Source: Phyllosticta citribraziliensis (Eukaryota). Taken from it: 64,000 bases of DNA. The notes below the pieces were generated by a model, which saw nothing but the letters and a program-made list of their open reading frames with translations, had not been told where the DNA came from and ran no database searches. The position numbers and the translations under genes are program-made. Location of the stretch: positions 1,860,001-1,924,000 of the forward strand of contig NW_027117343.1 in assembly GCF_038025025.1 (NCBI RefSeq), in the 5' to 3' direction. This document shows, one piece after another, positions 50,923 to 63,900 of this stretch; the stretch's first letter is position 1; each line of letters opens with the position of its first letter.

Positions 50923-51828
50923 CGTGGAGGAGCGAGATAGAACGAGCGCAGCAAGACCACGCACGAGACCACCGCGTGAGGATGGGATAAATATCACCAC
51001 TCACGCCTCCCCTCAACTCCCCCACAATCCACCGTCAAGACCCACCGTCCGCACCCCGTGTGTACCACGGCGGTACATCTCCTTCCGCAAGCATCTCCAC
51101 CTTCGCAGCACGCGGCGGCCATTCGTCTGGCGGGCGCAGCCACTCACTCGTCTGCAGCCCGGATATTCAGCTGGATAAAGTGAGCATTGGTCGCTGCATT
51201 TAGCCCCGCAGAGCCCTGCGATCGATGTCATAGCTGCTTCGGCTGGCTTGGGTTGCTTGTCACCTGCCCTTTGTATCCATGGCCGTTCGGTTGCTCTGGG
51301 GCGATTGACGTCAGAGCCGTCTGTCGGACTCGGCTCCCTCACAGAAATTTGGTTTGGCGAGTTCTGCGGGCGCGGAGCATCTGTCGTCCTCCACACAACA
51401 TTCAAAGTGATCAAAAATCGATCAGCGCAAGCAGCGGCGGTGAGAGCAAGAAAGAAAAGACCTGGTAGTCGCCGATGTTTGGTCTTCCAGCATCAACGAC
51501 CGAGAACCAGGATGCGGGGCCGCGAAAAACCCTTGCGCAGTGCCCAAAACAGCTAGCGCCGTGACTCGCGCCGCAGCTCCACCCCCGAAAAGCAGAGGCC
51601 AGGCGGTGAGCGGCGGCAGTATGACACAGGGCGACAATTTCCCCGGCGGGCGGCCATGGATAGATGTACACCAGATCAAACAACGACACACCAAACAAAA
51701 CCGTATCCACCGCACGATCGCTATCACCGCCTCAACACTCCGAAAACTTACGTCGACGTCACTCGAGACACGAGAATCTGCGGACGGAAGATTCAGAGCA
51801 CCGCGGAACGCACACACATACAGACGCA

Positions 51829-52168
51829 ATGGCGCAAGGCACCATCAAGCAAAAAGCGAAGCCCGCCGCGACGGCGAAGGGCAATGGCAAGAAGTGCGTA
51901 CCTCTCTCCCCCACCTCACCCCATCCCATCAAACCACCGCACACACTAACCTCTCCCCCTCAGACCATCCGGCCTCAAGCCCCGCGGCACGCGGCAAATC
52001 GCGCCCAAAAAGGCCAACCTGATCGCGCAAAAGAAGCTGCTCAAGAAGCACACGGGCGGGCTGACGGCGCTGACGGAGAAGAGCCTGGCGCAGCGGGCGG
52101 GGCACCTGGAGATTTTGCGCGGCGGCAAGAAGGACAAGACGAAGGAGAAGGAGGGGGCGAAGAAATGA
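51829..52168 (+). CDS. Small basic protein, UPF0390/DUF2462 (Leydig cell tumor 10 kDa-like); one intron 51894-51963
   Basis: Spliced product [11 protein letters not shown]...[47 protein letters not shown]; intron has a CTAAC branch and CAG acceptor. Confidence 0.85.
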
Positions 52169-52830
52169 GGGAATGAGTGAAGGGAAGAGAGGGAGGGGAA
52201 GGGGAGAGGGCAGGATGAGAGCGGACGGGAGTCCCTCTCCTTGACACATGTTGCGGCGTTGGGCGTTTTCTGATTGACTTGCATACATACTCGGATGGAC
52301 GGGCAGGCGTCGAAAAAATCACTTTCACAGTTCAGATGCGATGGTACCTTGGAAAAGGAGACGTGGAGAGGGCTGGGAAAAGAGTTGGATCGATGCATAC
52401 AAAACACTACGCCAAATACCGCGCTGAACAACGGTTCAACTGAACAGCATACACACACGGAGAGAGCGTGATTCGTACCTACCTAGGTATCTTGCCTCAT
52501 CTTGCCTACCGGGACTCAGCCCGTATCAAGCCCACCAGGACGACCGCGTGATAGTGTCCATTTTCTTACTTTCCACGTCCCACCCCAGCCCAAAGACCCA
52601 GCAAAGATCCCCTTAAAAAGCCCAGCGCAAATCGAACATGAGAAAGGGCGTCAAGGAAAGAACAACAAATCGACGATGAACCAAAACACCAAGGGGCACC
52701 GTAGTTGACCCCAAATCCATAATGCCGTACACGCGTGCGTGCTCATACTGCAACAAACATCAGAGAGCGAGTAGCAAAATCACGTCAAACAGACACTGCA
52801 CTCTCCTCGATTTCTGCCCGTGCTTTATTA

Positions 52831-54448
52831 TCAGATGGCGCGCGCAGCCTCGCCTCCGCCGCTCTCCTCGACCCGCTCGCGCGCCTTGCCGCGTCCAATG
52901 CCGCCCTCGCCGACGCCCATGCGGCGCGCGACGTATCGCTGGGCCACGACGCCGACGGCCAGGCTGATGACCTCCTCGATCCACTCGGCGACCCACTCGC
53001 GCGGGTCGACGCCGCCCGTCTCGATGATCTCCTTGATTTGCGGGGGCAGCTGGGCGACGGGGTCGGCGTCGCCCTCTTCGACGGGCGGGGAGCTGGCGTC
53101 AAGCCAGTCGGCCCACTTCTGCGGGAACGACTGCGAGAGGCTGTGGAAGGAGATGCTGTGGATGGGGTCGTGCAGGTAGACGGCGAACGAGACGAGGTCG
53201 TCCGTCTCGTCGGGCTCCTCGACGCCGCCGGCGTCCTTCTTCTCCTGGTCGGCGGTGGAGCTGGCAAACAGGTCCTTTGCTGCGCCGTGGCTGATGGCCT
53301 GCAGAGAGAGGAAGATGTCGCTGCTCCGCACGGGGTTTGTCTCGGACAGAATCTCGCTGGCCGCCTTGGCTGCCTCTTCGACTCCGCCCTTGCCCGCGAA
53401 GAAGTCGTTTGAGTAGCTCTCTGCGCTCACACGCGCAAGTTTCGTTCCCTCGATGAGTCCTTTGACTGCGCTCATGTCACGTTGCACGCCAACGTCGCGC
53501 CACCAGGGACCGTCATTCCAGCCAGCTGTGCTTCCGCCAGTGTAGCCAGCCTCGGAGGAGCGACGGTGTTGGGACTCGGAGCCACGCTGAATGACCATCA
53601 AGTCTCCGCCTTCGACCTGGGACATGACGCGGGAGAAGGTGGCGTAGATTATGGGGTCCAACGAGGGGTAGTTGCGGAGGTCATGGGTAATGTGGATTTG
53701 GAGACGTTCATGTTGAGAAATGGGCGGCGCGAGAGTGTGGAGGAGGTGCGTAAAGGTGGGGAGGGCGCGAGAACGGAGCTCATCTCCTAGGTCAACTCCA
53801 TTAGCTGCTGCTAGCAAACGCAGTTTGCTGTGGTTTCGAAGCTGTAGTGGCCAGCTCGAAACCCAGAGCTCGAGTTGCAATGTACCAGCGCATCGACTTA
53901 CCGTAGGATCGCAAGGCGCCAACATTGCCCTTGACCTGCTCGGCCCATCTAACAGCTTCCTCGTTCTTTTGAATCTCCTTCATGGCCGCCTCGGCCTGCT
54001 TGGCAGCGGCCGAGGCCAGTCCTGTGAGGCTTCCCCACCATCCTCCGCCAGACGACTTGGCGGCTTCGTCCTCTTGAGCTTGTTTCTCGGCCGCAGGAGT
54101 TGTGCCTTCGTGGAAAGGACGCGTGCCCTCGCCAGACCTGCGGGGAGGGTTCTGGGCAGAGCCCTTGTCCTCGCTGTTTCGCGGCGAGCCAGTCGACGAT
54201 GGCGTCACGATGCCCGTGCGGCGGGGGGAGCGGCTGTTGGTGGTGGATGAGGAGAGCTTGGGAGTGGTAGTCCTGCTGGGCGGGCGCGCGGCGGCCAAGG
54301 CGGCGAGCTCAGCAACGGGGTCGTCTTCAGCTTCGGGCTTGGACTGGTCGGCGGGAGCAGGCTTCTGGGGGGGAGCGGCGGCGAGTTGGTCGTCGCCGAG
54401 GTCGTCAAACTGAGCGAGGAGCTCCTCCTTGGAGAGGGCCTTGGACAT
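52831..54448 (-). CDS. MTC1: Maintenance of telomere capping protein 1 (Mtc1) family; one intron ~53901-53788
   Basis: GGWWGSL motif; ELRSRALPTFTHLLHTLAPPISQHERLQIHITHD, FSRVMSQVEGG, SQSFPQKWADWLD, EWVAEWIEE, AQRYVARRMG. Confidence 0.85.
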
Positions 54449-55001
54449 GATGGCGGGTGGGGAATGGATGCCCTGGGGAAGAGTGAAGCTGGGAGTGGTG
54501 GTGGCGGTGGAGGTGGTGGTGGTGGTGGTAGTGTCAACAGCGGCGCTGCACCATCCCTGGGAGGCCGCAGGAGGGCGGGGAATGTGATTGGCTGGGCCAG
54601 GCTGAGCATCAACGGACGACACGAAATGCTTCGCCTATGCAGAGACACTGGACCATCATCACCACGCCCACCCGCACCCGCACTCCAGACGCCGCCTCGA
54701 GCCGTCTGCTCTTCCTGACGGCCGCCGGCGCATCGATTGAGCTGGTCGCCTCTGCATTTTGTTGGCAGCTGCAGCGACCCGTTGTCTCCTATTGTTGTCT
54801 GGTCCCGAGTCTTGCGAGGTTTGTCCGGGGCCCATCACCAGCGCGACGGCCTCACGACGGAGCCTCCCTCAGCCGCACTCGCCCCGGCGCATTGCCGACC
54901 TCTGGCTGTCTTGTGCTCTGCTGGGTTCAGTTGCGTAGATTGTCCCTCGCGCTCGTCGGTCTCTGGACGCTCGGGCAGGGCTGCCCGTCCAGTCTTCCAC
55001 C

Positions 55002-57677
55002 ATGCGCACGCGCAGCGGCAAAGGCAAAACCTCCGAATCCGGCACGCCTTCTCCTCAGGCCAGCCACTACCATGACCACAACAACACAACTTCGTCCTCT
55101 GCATCTTCAAAATCCACCCGTCGCCTGACCCGCATCTCCTCCAACAATTCCATGCTCTCTTCACCCCGCCTTCATGGCCCTCCGCCCGTCACGGCTTACT
55201 ACGGAGATCGCATCCTGACCATCTACAACGTCCCTGCAGCCATCCTTTTAGCACACGAGGACCAGGAGCGTTCCCGCAAAAACGACACGCCGCGCGCCAA
55301 GACTGTCTATGAGCAGTTTCTTGAGATTGAGCGCGAGAGCTCCAACCCTTCCACTCCTACTCTCGAGGGTCACGAGCATGAAAGACCCAGGCGAGGTGGC
55401 AGGGGTCGCCCAGCAAAAGTTCACAAGCAGCTCACGCCAAAGAAACGTCGCACTCGCCACCACAAGCTCTCCAATGTTGCCGATGAGGACAGCACCGCTT
55501 CTCATCCCGTGTCACCCGCCGCCAAATCAGACGACGACGACTATGTTGCTGACAAGACCGAGCCGCGAGCAAACAATCGGCCACGCGTAGATGCTCCCGC
55601 TCAACAATCGCCTGACCCCGATTGGCAAACGCGAAATCACGATGGTCCTTCGGCTGAACCCCAGAGTGATGAATCTTCGCGCAGCTCAAACAACGCTGCC
55701 GCTGATGCAGTCGAGTCCATGGCCGAAATGGGACCCGCCGAACAGCCACTTCCACCCCGGCCGAGAGTGAAGCCGACCTACCTTGACGAAGAGCTAGATG
55801 AAGATGATGTTCCTCCGCCATTTGCCTCGACCGAGGCGAGTCCCGCCGAATCCGACATTGAGGACCAGGCCGACTTTGTCCTCAAAACTCGCTTCGCCCC
55901 CATGACGGATGCACAGAAATTTGTTGCCGCACTGACAAAGCACGCCCCGACAGAGCGCAGGACTGAAGTTCTTTTTGCCCTTGCCGAAAACACCCAAGCT
56001 GCGCTCAAGGCATGGCAAGACGAGTACCTGACTATTGACAAGCGCGTGGCGGTCCACGCTAACAATGGTCCGCGCAAGCCCGTAAACGGCGGCCGCCAGC
56101 CAATTGATCCCAAGGTTTTTGACGACCAAAAAGAGGCAGACATTTACAGCTACGTCTTTGACCCCAGGAAACCCCCTGGAACTCAGGATCCGTTCAGCCA
56201 GAGAATCGGGACCGACTACGTGGGAGGCCGCGAATTGCGACATCGCCGCGCAAGAGATGTCACGGCCGACGATTTGGCCCAAAGCGAGGAAGACGTCGGA
56301 AAGAGAAAGAGGCGAACTGCACAGAGATTCGACGCAGCGGAGCCTGCAGGGACGAGGAAACGTGAGCATGTCGAGTCCGAGACACCCGAATCTCCTCGAC
56401 CTAGAAAGAAGGGAAGGGCCGCCAATGCGGTCAAAAAGCAGGGCTATGTTCCTGCTCGTATCCGTGAGATGAGGGAGGAAAGCATGATGACCACGAGCGC
56501 TTCAGATGATGATCAAGACGACAACTATGGCACTCCGGAGCCCAAGGGTAAGAGAAGGGGAAGGCCGCCTGGCAGCAAGAACTTGGCGCAGCGTAAAGAC
56601 GCGGGCATTAAGAAGGGCCCGCGCAACAAGAAAAACATGGTTCCTCAACCCAACGAAAGTGGCAACAAGGAGCCACAGCAGCAGCAGCTTCTACGACACG
56701 AGTCTCCATATCCTCCTCCTAGCGCAGGTTCTGGAACGCCCTCTTACCAACCTCTACAACAGCAACAGCCATTCATGGTTCAGGGATATACACATGCACC
56801 ACACACCAATATTCCGCCAGCGTCCATGTCGCCCATGCCCGGCATCACTCTGGACCCTAGCTACATGAGCGGCACTAGCAATGCTCCCCATCAGAACCCG
56901 TTTGGACATACGTCGCTTGCCCCTCAACCGAATGGCCACATCCAACCCGTCCCTGGTGCCGGGCCGACATCATCACCGGCACCTGGGCCCTCGGGCAAAG
57001 CATCAAATGGGACCGCAAGTAGCAGGAAAAAGGGTGTCAAGTCTGAAAAGCGCAGTGCGAGCATGACGCAATGGTGGGCCGAACGAAAAGCGCGACAAGC
57101 CGAGCAACGTCAGGCCGAGCAACAGCGGCAAGCTGCAGCCGGCAGCATGACCCAACTCAACGCCGCCATGCCCCAAGCGCCAGCTGGCTACGGCGTCCCC
57201 GTCGGCGGAGGCATTGGCGCAGTCAATGGCTACACGGGGCCGTATCCCCCTCCTCAAGGGCAGCCCAACAACGGCGCATACAGCGTGACAGCATACGGAC
57301 ACAGCGGCGCACCTCCCGGCCAAAACTACCGCGCCATCGCCCCCGGGCCTCACCAGGCGCCTCCGCCGCCGCCGCATCCGTCACAGCAACATCAACATCA
57401 CCAGATGCACCATCACCACCACCACCATCACGCGCCGCCACCCCTCCCGCCCGCGTCCTCGGCCGCCCCGCCGCTCCACCATCAAGCGCCTCCTCCTCAC
57501 TCGTCTGTCAACCGTCGCCCGCATGCGCACAGTAACAGTCCCTTCGGCTTTGATGGTGCGGGCTCGCCGCCGCCGCTGCTGCCGCCCACGTCGGCGGTCG
57601 AGTCGGGCGTCCCGGATGAGGTGCGGAGGGACATTTTGGGGCTGAGGGGGCGGCCGGAGCACAGGCGGGAGGGGTGA
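55002..57677 (+). CDS. Hypothetical nuclear protein with AT-hook-like motifs and a Q/H/P-rich low-complexity C-terminus (891 aa)
   Basis: Uninterrupted 891-codon ORF; GRGRPAK and RRGRPPGSKN AT-hook-like motifs; conserved-looking core ALAENTQAALKAWQDEY...DPFSQR; SEKRSASMTQWWAERK. Confidence 0.8.
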   Translation: MRTRSGKGKTSESGTPSPQASHYHDHNNTTSSSASSKSTRRLTRISSNNSMLSSPRLHGPPPVTAYYGDRILTIYNVPAAILLAHEDQERSRKNDTPRAKTVYEQFLEIERESSNPSTPTLEGHEHERPRRGGRGRPAKVHKQLTPKKRRTRHHKLSNVADEDSTASHPVSPAAKSDDDDYVADKTEPRANNRPRVDAPAQQSPDPDWQTRNHDGPSAEPQSDESSRSSNNAAADAVESMAEMGPAEQPLPPRPRVKPTYLDEELDEDDVPPPFASTEASPAESDIEDQADFVLKTRFAPMTDAQKFVAALTKHAPTERRTEVLFALAENTQAALKAWQDEYLTIDKRVAVHANNGPRKPVNGGRQPIDPKVFDDQKEADIYSYVFDPRKPPGTQDPFSQRIGTDYVGGRELRHRRARDVTADDLAQSEEDVGKRKRRTAQRFDAAEPAGTRKREHVESETPESPRPRKKGRAANAVKKQGYVPARIREMREESMMTTSASDDDQDDNYGTPEPKGKRRGRPPGSKNLAQRKDAGIKKGPRNKKNMVPQPNESGNKEPQQQQLLRHESPYPPPSAGSGTPSYQPLQQQQPFMVQGYTHAPHTNIPPASMSPMPGITLDPSYMSGTSNAPHQNPFGHTSLAPQPNGHIQPVPGAGPTSSPAPGPSGKASNGTASSRKKGVKSEKRSASMTQWWAERKARQAEQRQAEQQRQAAAGSMTQLNAAMPQAPAGYGVPVGGGIGAVNGYTGPYPPPQGQPNNGAYSVTAYGHSGAPPGQNYRAIAPGPHQAPPPPPHPSQQHQHHQMHHHHHHHHAPPPLPPASSAAPPLHHQAPPPHSSVNRRPHAHSNSPFGFDGAGSPPPLLPPTSAVESGVPDEVRRDILGLRGRPEHRREG

Positions 57678-58810
57678 GTGGGATGGACGGCGCCGAATTA
57701 CTGAATATTCATGTATTTCGCGTGTTCCGCATTCGCTGCTCTGAGTACCATGTCTACCTTACCCTGCGGTGTCTACTGTACAGTACACGACAGGTACCCA
57801 CGGGAGAAGAAGGGACGCGCCGAGAACGCGCAAGGATCAGATGTGGATGTCCACCCACACCATTCATTCATTGCTCCGTCCGTCCACCACTATACCTTAC
57901 CTTACCTTTTCTTACCCATCCATCCATACCAATCTATCCACTGCCGCCGCGCCGCTGTTCTGGTGACTGGAGACATCCGTCGCCGCCGCGCCGACTGGAG
58001 GAGCCCGTCGAAGGAGAGCGAACGAGCGGACGGTGAAGGCGATTGATGGACGGGTGTATATGCTGCCTGCCTGCCTGCCTGCCTGCCTGTCTACTTAGGA
58101 GAGAAGTGGTTGGGCTGTTGGACGCATTGAAGGAAGGGTGTCATGATGACAAGGCAAGGCATGGCAAATTAGCTATCCGCCGCCCATTCTGGCATGTATG
58201 GTATGCCGTCGCCGGGCGAAGAAGCAGTGCGTGAATCCAACGAAGCGACAAGGCGGGGGGGAGGCTGGACAAGGCGGCCGAGGGGGGCCAGGGCATGCAT
58301 GTGAAGGGGTGGGTCAAGGGGAAAGGCAGAGGTACGGCATGTGTGGTATGGCTGTGCTCGATTGGTTGATCTGCCAATTTGCGGATCTATATACAGCCTA
58401 CCTACATGCATCTAGCACACATATAGATTTGCATACGCTCAAAACAGATGGCCATCTAGATTGCTTGCATTTGATGGACTCGTTCTGTTTGATTGATTGG
58501 GCCCTCCATTGAGGTGGTTGATTGGTCTGTGCCTGTTTTGAGCGGACGTTGTTGTTGTTGTGTGAAGTTGAGAGTGTGGTATTATCCTCCGTCCGTCCAG
58601 CGCCGTGCCTTGCCCTGCCTGTCCTCTGCCTGCCTAAGTATTGATGTCTTGGCAGGATGTTCGTAAGGATGTTTCATCAAGCCTTCCTGATCCCAATGAC
58701 CCACTGCAAGAATCCCAGTACTCCAGCACACCTACAACCAATGCCATGCACCAAAGATCCCAAGAAACCCCCTCCTCCCTCCCCCGCACACCACCACCTC
58801 ATCTCCTCCA

Positions 58811-59656
58811 TCACCGGGCCCCCCGCCCCCTTTCCCTCACAGCACCCCTCTTGCTCTCCTCCTTCCAGCCAACGGGCACCAGCGCGGCGGCGACCTGATT
58901 GACGCCGCGCTCGGTGGCCAGCAGGTTGAACTGGGAGGCGGCGTTGCGCGTGTCGGCCACCTCGAGCCGGATGCCGAGGTCGTTGATGTGGCGCCGCGTC
59001 GTCGGGCTGATGGGCACAATCGTCGCGCCCGTCCCGATGATGAGCAAGTCCGGCTTGGGCCACGCAACGTCGAGGACGCCCCACGCGCGCCGCCCGCATT
59101 CCCAGAGGAGCCCGGAGACGTCGCGGAGGGTGGTGTTGCTGCTGGTGCTGCTACTGCTGGTACGACTGGTGTTGTTTCCGCTGCCGCTGCCTGCGTTGGT
59201 GGTCGTATCGGGCCCCGCGTCGTCGTCTTCCCCGCGCACCCACGGCCGCCACTTGAATGCCTCGCCGCCATACAGCAGCACGCCGGCGCCCGCGACCTCG
59301 ATGCCCGAGTTGAGGCTGAAGCCGTCCGGGTGCGTCTCGTCAATAGCCGTGGTGGGCGGCGGCATGGACGCCAGCACGTCCAGCGCGCCAAAATCCGTCT
59401 GCGTCGTTTCTTTGCTGGCGGGCCCACGGTCCGCCGTGCGCGGCGCTCTGCTGCCGCCGCCGGCTTTGCTGTTTGGTCGCGCCTTGGTTTTGGGCAAGGC
59501 GGGCGAGGGCGTGCGCTTCGTGCTGTAGGGTTGACGCGGTGGAGGCTGGGAGAGGTAGGGTGCGGGGTGCCATGTGTGGGAGGAGCGCTGCGAGAGGCAT
59601 GTGTTGATGATGGGCCGGAGGGTGGAGGGGCGGAGCGGTGGTGGTTGCGGCGGCAT
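58811..59656 (-). CDS. NDUFAF3: Mth938-domain protein, NDUFAF3-like mitochondrial complex I assembly factor
   Basis: Arg/Ser-rich presequence-like N-terminus; WPKPDLLIIGTG, LGIRLEVADTRNAASQFNLLATERG, VAAALVP. Confidence 0.88.
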   Translation of the reverse strand: MPPQPPPLRPSTLRPIINTCLSQRSSHTWHPAPYLSQPPPRQPYSTKRTPSPALPKTKARPNSKAGGGSRAPRTADRGPASKETTQTDFGALDVLASMPPPTTAIDETHPDGFSLNSGIEVAGAGVLLYGGEAFKWRPWVRGEDDDAGPDTTTNAGSGSGNNTSRTSSSSTSSNTTLRDVSGLLWECGRRAWGVLDVAWPKPDLLIIGTGATIVPISPTTRRHINDLGIRLEVADTRNAASQFNLLATERGVNQVAAALVPVGWKEESKRGAVRERGRGAR

Positions 59657-60375
59657 AGTGTGTTCGGACTGTGAAATAGCTTAGCACGGGAGACGATCGA
59701 GACTCAATCGCTTCGGGGTAGCACAACTGACGGCGGTGGTGGTGGTGCAACAACAGGGCGTCCTGGCGGAAGGAAAAAAAGCGGGTAGATGTCAAGTGTA
59801 GGCGGTGGTGGTGGGAGCGATGTTTTACATCATGAGGCTGACTCGCGGCCGGAAGCGGCAAGAGGGCGATCCCTGCAACTTCAAACGCAGCAGCTTCCAG
59901 TCACTGATTGAGTGATGCATGATGCATCGCCAAGTCTTTTAGGGCCCGCGGCGAACTGGCCAACCACCGAGGCATCAAGAGCCCTTTGCCTTTGAACCCT
60001 TGCATCGTCGTGCTGCTCATCCTGGTCTGCCATTTTCCAACGTTGCCGTCTTCACCACTCCACTCCTTTACGTCGCTTCGTCCAATTGCTGTTCGCCCGG
60101 GGTGAGTGACGCGCCTCTACGCGTCTTTGGCACGCGTCTTCAGCGCCAATTGAGATCACGATTAACTGTCTCTTCAGCAAGAGTTTCCTTGCGAACAAAC
60201 ACGATACTGCCTCTTCCGATACTCAATTTCGACGAAACCCACTCGATCACCTCAACCACAAGCGCAACCTCATCCTCAACTCACTGCCTCACTCCGCTCC
60301 CGGCGCACACCCAACATCGTCCTCCAACAGCCCCTAGGCCCCTCCTCCAACAACAACAAGAAGACAACCACCACA

Positions 60376-60939
60376 ATGACAATCTCCACGCCAAAACCCA
60401 CGCCCGCAACCCTAACTCTCCGCCTCAAGTTCCACCGCACAACAGTCCTGCTCCACGCTGACCCGCTCCTCTCTTCGTCGGCACTACAATCAGACCTCCT
60501 GCACGCCCTGCGCGACACACATCCCAGCAACATCCTGCACGGCCGCCCGCTCCCCGCGTCGCCGGGCGCCCTGCAAATCGCGCGCCTAGTCGACCCGACG
60601 GACGCGGAGCAAGGCTGGGTCGAAATCATCGGCAGCAGCGAGAACGACGACATCGACGCGGAAGACGAAGAAGAGGCGCCGCGGAAGAAGGGCCCTGGTC
60701 GGCCTAGCACAGGCAAGGGCAAGGGCAAGGGCGCTGCCACTTCTTCTTCTGCGATTGGTGGCGCGGGCAAGAGCTTGAAGGAGCTGGGCGTCAAGGAGGG
60801 CATGGCGCTCGCTTTCCGCTGGGCTGGTGAGGTGCAGCGCGATGGCGAGGTTGAGGTGCTGGAGTGGGAGGATTGGGATGTCCAGTGGCCGCGCTACGAG
60901 GATACGTATGGCCTGGAGGACGAGGGCATCGTGGAGTGA
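60376..60939 (+). CDS. Hypothetical fungal protein (187 aa)
   Basis: ACAATG start context and GC3 bias; TLRLKFHRTTVLL...LLHAL and SLKELGVKEGMALAFRW blocks suggest a ubiquitin-like fold (inference). Confidence 0.7.
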   Translation: MTISTPKPTPATLTLRLKFHRTTVLLHADPLLSSSALQSDLLHALRDTHPSNILHGRPLPASPGALQIARLVDPTDAEQGWVEIIGSSENDDIDAEDEEEAPRKKGPGRPSTGKGKGKGAATSSSAIGGAGKSLKELGVKEGMALAFRWAGEVQRDGEVEVLEWEDWDVQWPRYEDTYGLEDEGIVE

Positions 60940-63900
60940 TGTGCTGGATGAAGCGGGCTGGTTGGGGTGCGTTTGCGACATCTACATGGGCGCCGCAAGG
61001 CGGGGCCGGGAGGGGAGGTACATACATGCCGGTCTTTGCGACTGGTGGCTTACAGCATGGTGCCCGGATACCTACAAAAGAGAGAGAGGGACTTTGTGGA
61101 CAAGACAAGACAAGAGACAAAAGACAAGAGCCACGGCAAATCACAAATGGAAAACACAACGAACAAATCAACAAGAATTGCTCTACCATATCTACCTGCT
61201 GCAACCCCTCCAACCCCAGAAAACCCCTCCCGTCTCATACTCTCCTCCCCCGTTCAACCCAGTCAAGTCCAGTCCAGTCCGCCGCCGTCAGCTCTTCCCC
61301 ACCCACACACCAACCCACTAACCAAACCATGTACCCAAGATCCTTTTCTGGCCGGCAACACTCTTCTTCTCTTTTCTTTCCTTTTCCTTAGCATCCCTGT
61401 TCTCCTCTGCAGCCCCGTTCTCCTTCCCATACTGTTTGCGATGTCACAGCAAACGCACATACAGATATATATTTCTATCCCACAGGGTTGAAGGGATCAG
61501 CGCGCACACGCTTAACGCGAGAAGACGAAAAAGGAACAGAACACGGGTGGGTGGGCGGAAGGGACGTGTGCGTGAGTAAGTGATGGAGGCGGGGCGGGGC
61601 GGGGCGGCGGCGGTGGTGGTGGTGGTGGGGGCCAGGGTGTCGGTCAGTCGGTCAGTCGGTCAGTAGTTGATGCCCTGGCGGTATGATGATTATGATGACG
61701 CTGGCGGGGAGGGGCAGGATTAGGGTGGAAGGGCGTTTTCTTTGTACATGTGTATGTACGCGCGGGGCTGCTGCTGCTGTGAGCAGTGAAAGAGGAGAAA
61801 TTCGAGTGGGTAAGTGAATGTGTCGACAGCGAATGTGACACTGACTTGCCAGTCCGTACGAGAAAAAGTGGCGCAGGCAGAAGAGAAGTGAGTCTATATG
61901 TGTAGGGAAGATTATCATAGCCATGACGATGACGACGGCGATGGTGATGATGAAGATGAGGACAGCAAAACTTCTCCTCTCCACCCTCTCGCATGCGTCG
62001 CCTACCTTACTCACGGACGGACGGATGGACAGAGAAGAATTAATAGACGACGCGTATCTTAGCGTGCGTTGATGATGATGATGAAGTGAGCGGTGAGGGA
62101 GTGCATGTGTGGGTAGAGTAGTCGGTAAGAGGCCGGCGCCGACGCGGGGAAATACGCATATAAATATATCGATGAGCGTCAATGCGTTTGGCCGAACGAG
62201 GATCTGCTCTGAGGTGGATCGCGCGGACAGAAGAGGAGAAAATAGATGCGCATATGTGTGGCAGAAAATAGATGAAGGATCAATTGACGTCTGATGTCAG
62301 CGCATGTGCAGACAGATAGACAGACATGCGTACATGAAGCATACATATGTTTCGTTTCGGTGCCATCTATGCGTGAAGGGATTGGTGTCAGCCACAGAGT
62401 CTCGCGGAAGAGAAGAGTAACTATAGTAGATGGTGGTCAATCGGCTGTCGTTGCGGCCGCCGGCCCCTTGCATCGACACGCGCTTGCTCCCGGGCGAGGT
62501 GGGTACATCAACCAAAGTACGGTACGGATGACGGGGTCCAATCCAATCTGCGGTGGCGCGCAAGACAGGATGCGCTAGCTGCCGTGGTGGTACGTAGGTG
62601 CGGTTCAGACGGGTGGGCCTTTGCGGACGGCGCCGCCGCGAATTTACATACCGCCATTCTCTCGAAGGCGAGGTGGCTATCCTTTTTGATTGTGGCATCT
62701 AGACAAGGCGGACGGAGCGTTTATGAAACAGGTGCTTCAGCGGCAGCCCAGCGTGTTTGGTGTTTGATGCGTGTGTGAGTGTTTCGCGAGCTGCAGCGGT
62801 GGAGGATGCCGTTTCGAGGTCACCGCAGTCAGCAGAGGTGGTCATTTTCTCGCTCGTGAATCTGGTTTGGACATGGCGATGCTGCAGGCGGTGGTTTGCG
62901 AGGCCCTGAGCGTGGAGCAAACGTGCTATTTGAAGACGTCTCCCTGTCGATGCATGCGTGATGGTTGATGGGTGCGGGAGGTTGCAGGCTTGGAGATTGC
63001 GGGGTGGCACTATCACCACATTAGCTACCATGGCGTCGGGGTCGAGGTGGACACGACAGGAGTGATGTTGTTTTTGGAGCGCACGCATCATCAATCGACA
63101 TGGCCCTGACAGCATGAAGCGGGGTTATGCAGAGGGGAAATTGGTCGTCAGTCGTGTCTTCGGCCTGGCCTGAGGTGAGAGTCGAGGAGACTGCGGTCGA
63201 GGTGACGAATCGGGCGCGAGTCAGGTTAGTCTGACGGCATGTCCAAAGGGGCTATTTTTGGGCCGAGATTCGCCAAAATGAGCCCCATGGGATCAGCAAA
63301 AGGGCCAAAATGGCCGGGGCTGTGTGCAGTGCAACCGCACCGACCTGACGCAGTGCAGTGACCTAGTGTTCTGCCCGCCCCCACGGCCATCCCACCCGTC
63401 CCCCCTTCCATCAACGCTTCTTCAATTGACCGCCTTCGCCGTCCGCCATCATCGACGCCAAGAAGCCTTTGCCCCGTTGGAGGATCGATATGCCTGTCCC
63501 ACGCCCGCTCTGCTTGTTCATTTTGTTCTCTTCAGCCGTGGCTGCGCTGGAGGGAATGGCGCCGCCTCTCTGATCAAACGCATCGGGTGACCGCCAAATG
63601 TCGGCTTCGGAGCCACCCTGCGCCATTTCTACGCCTCCGAGGCATGCAAGAGCTGTGAGAGTCGTGTCCCAACCGTCGTGTACCTGGAATGTCGAGCGCG
63701 GCGGCGCCGCCTTGAGGCGTGGGTCCCAAGTTGGTCAGAGTCCGTCACCCGTCAATGACACTGACTGACTGATGACGACTCGACACTGGATCCCAGGTAG
63801 GTAACCATTACCAAAGGGCACGCGTCGGCTGCCGAACCAAGAGGCCGTTTCATCCTCCGGGATGCCCATCCTTCGCGCAACCCAACGCTCTGCAGGCCAA

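Noticed and set aside
53801..54622. Upstream ORF-track start (MSSVDAQ...) for MTC1
   Set aside because: Non-ATG start and low-complexity leader; ATG 54448 is the better start.
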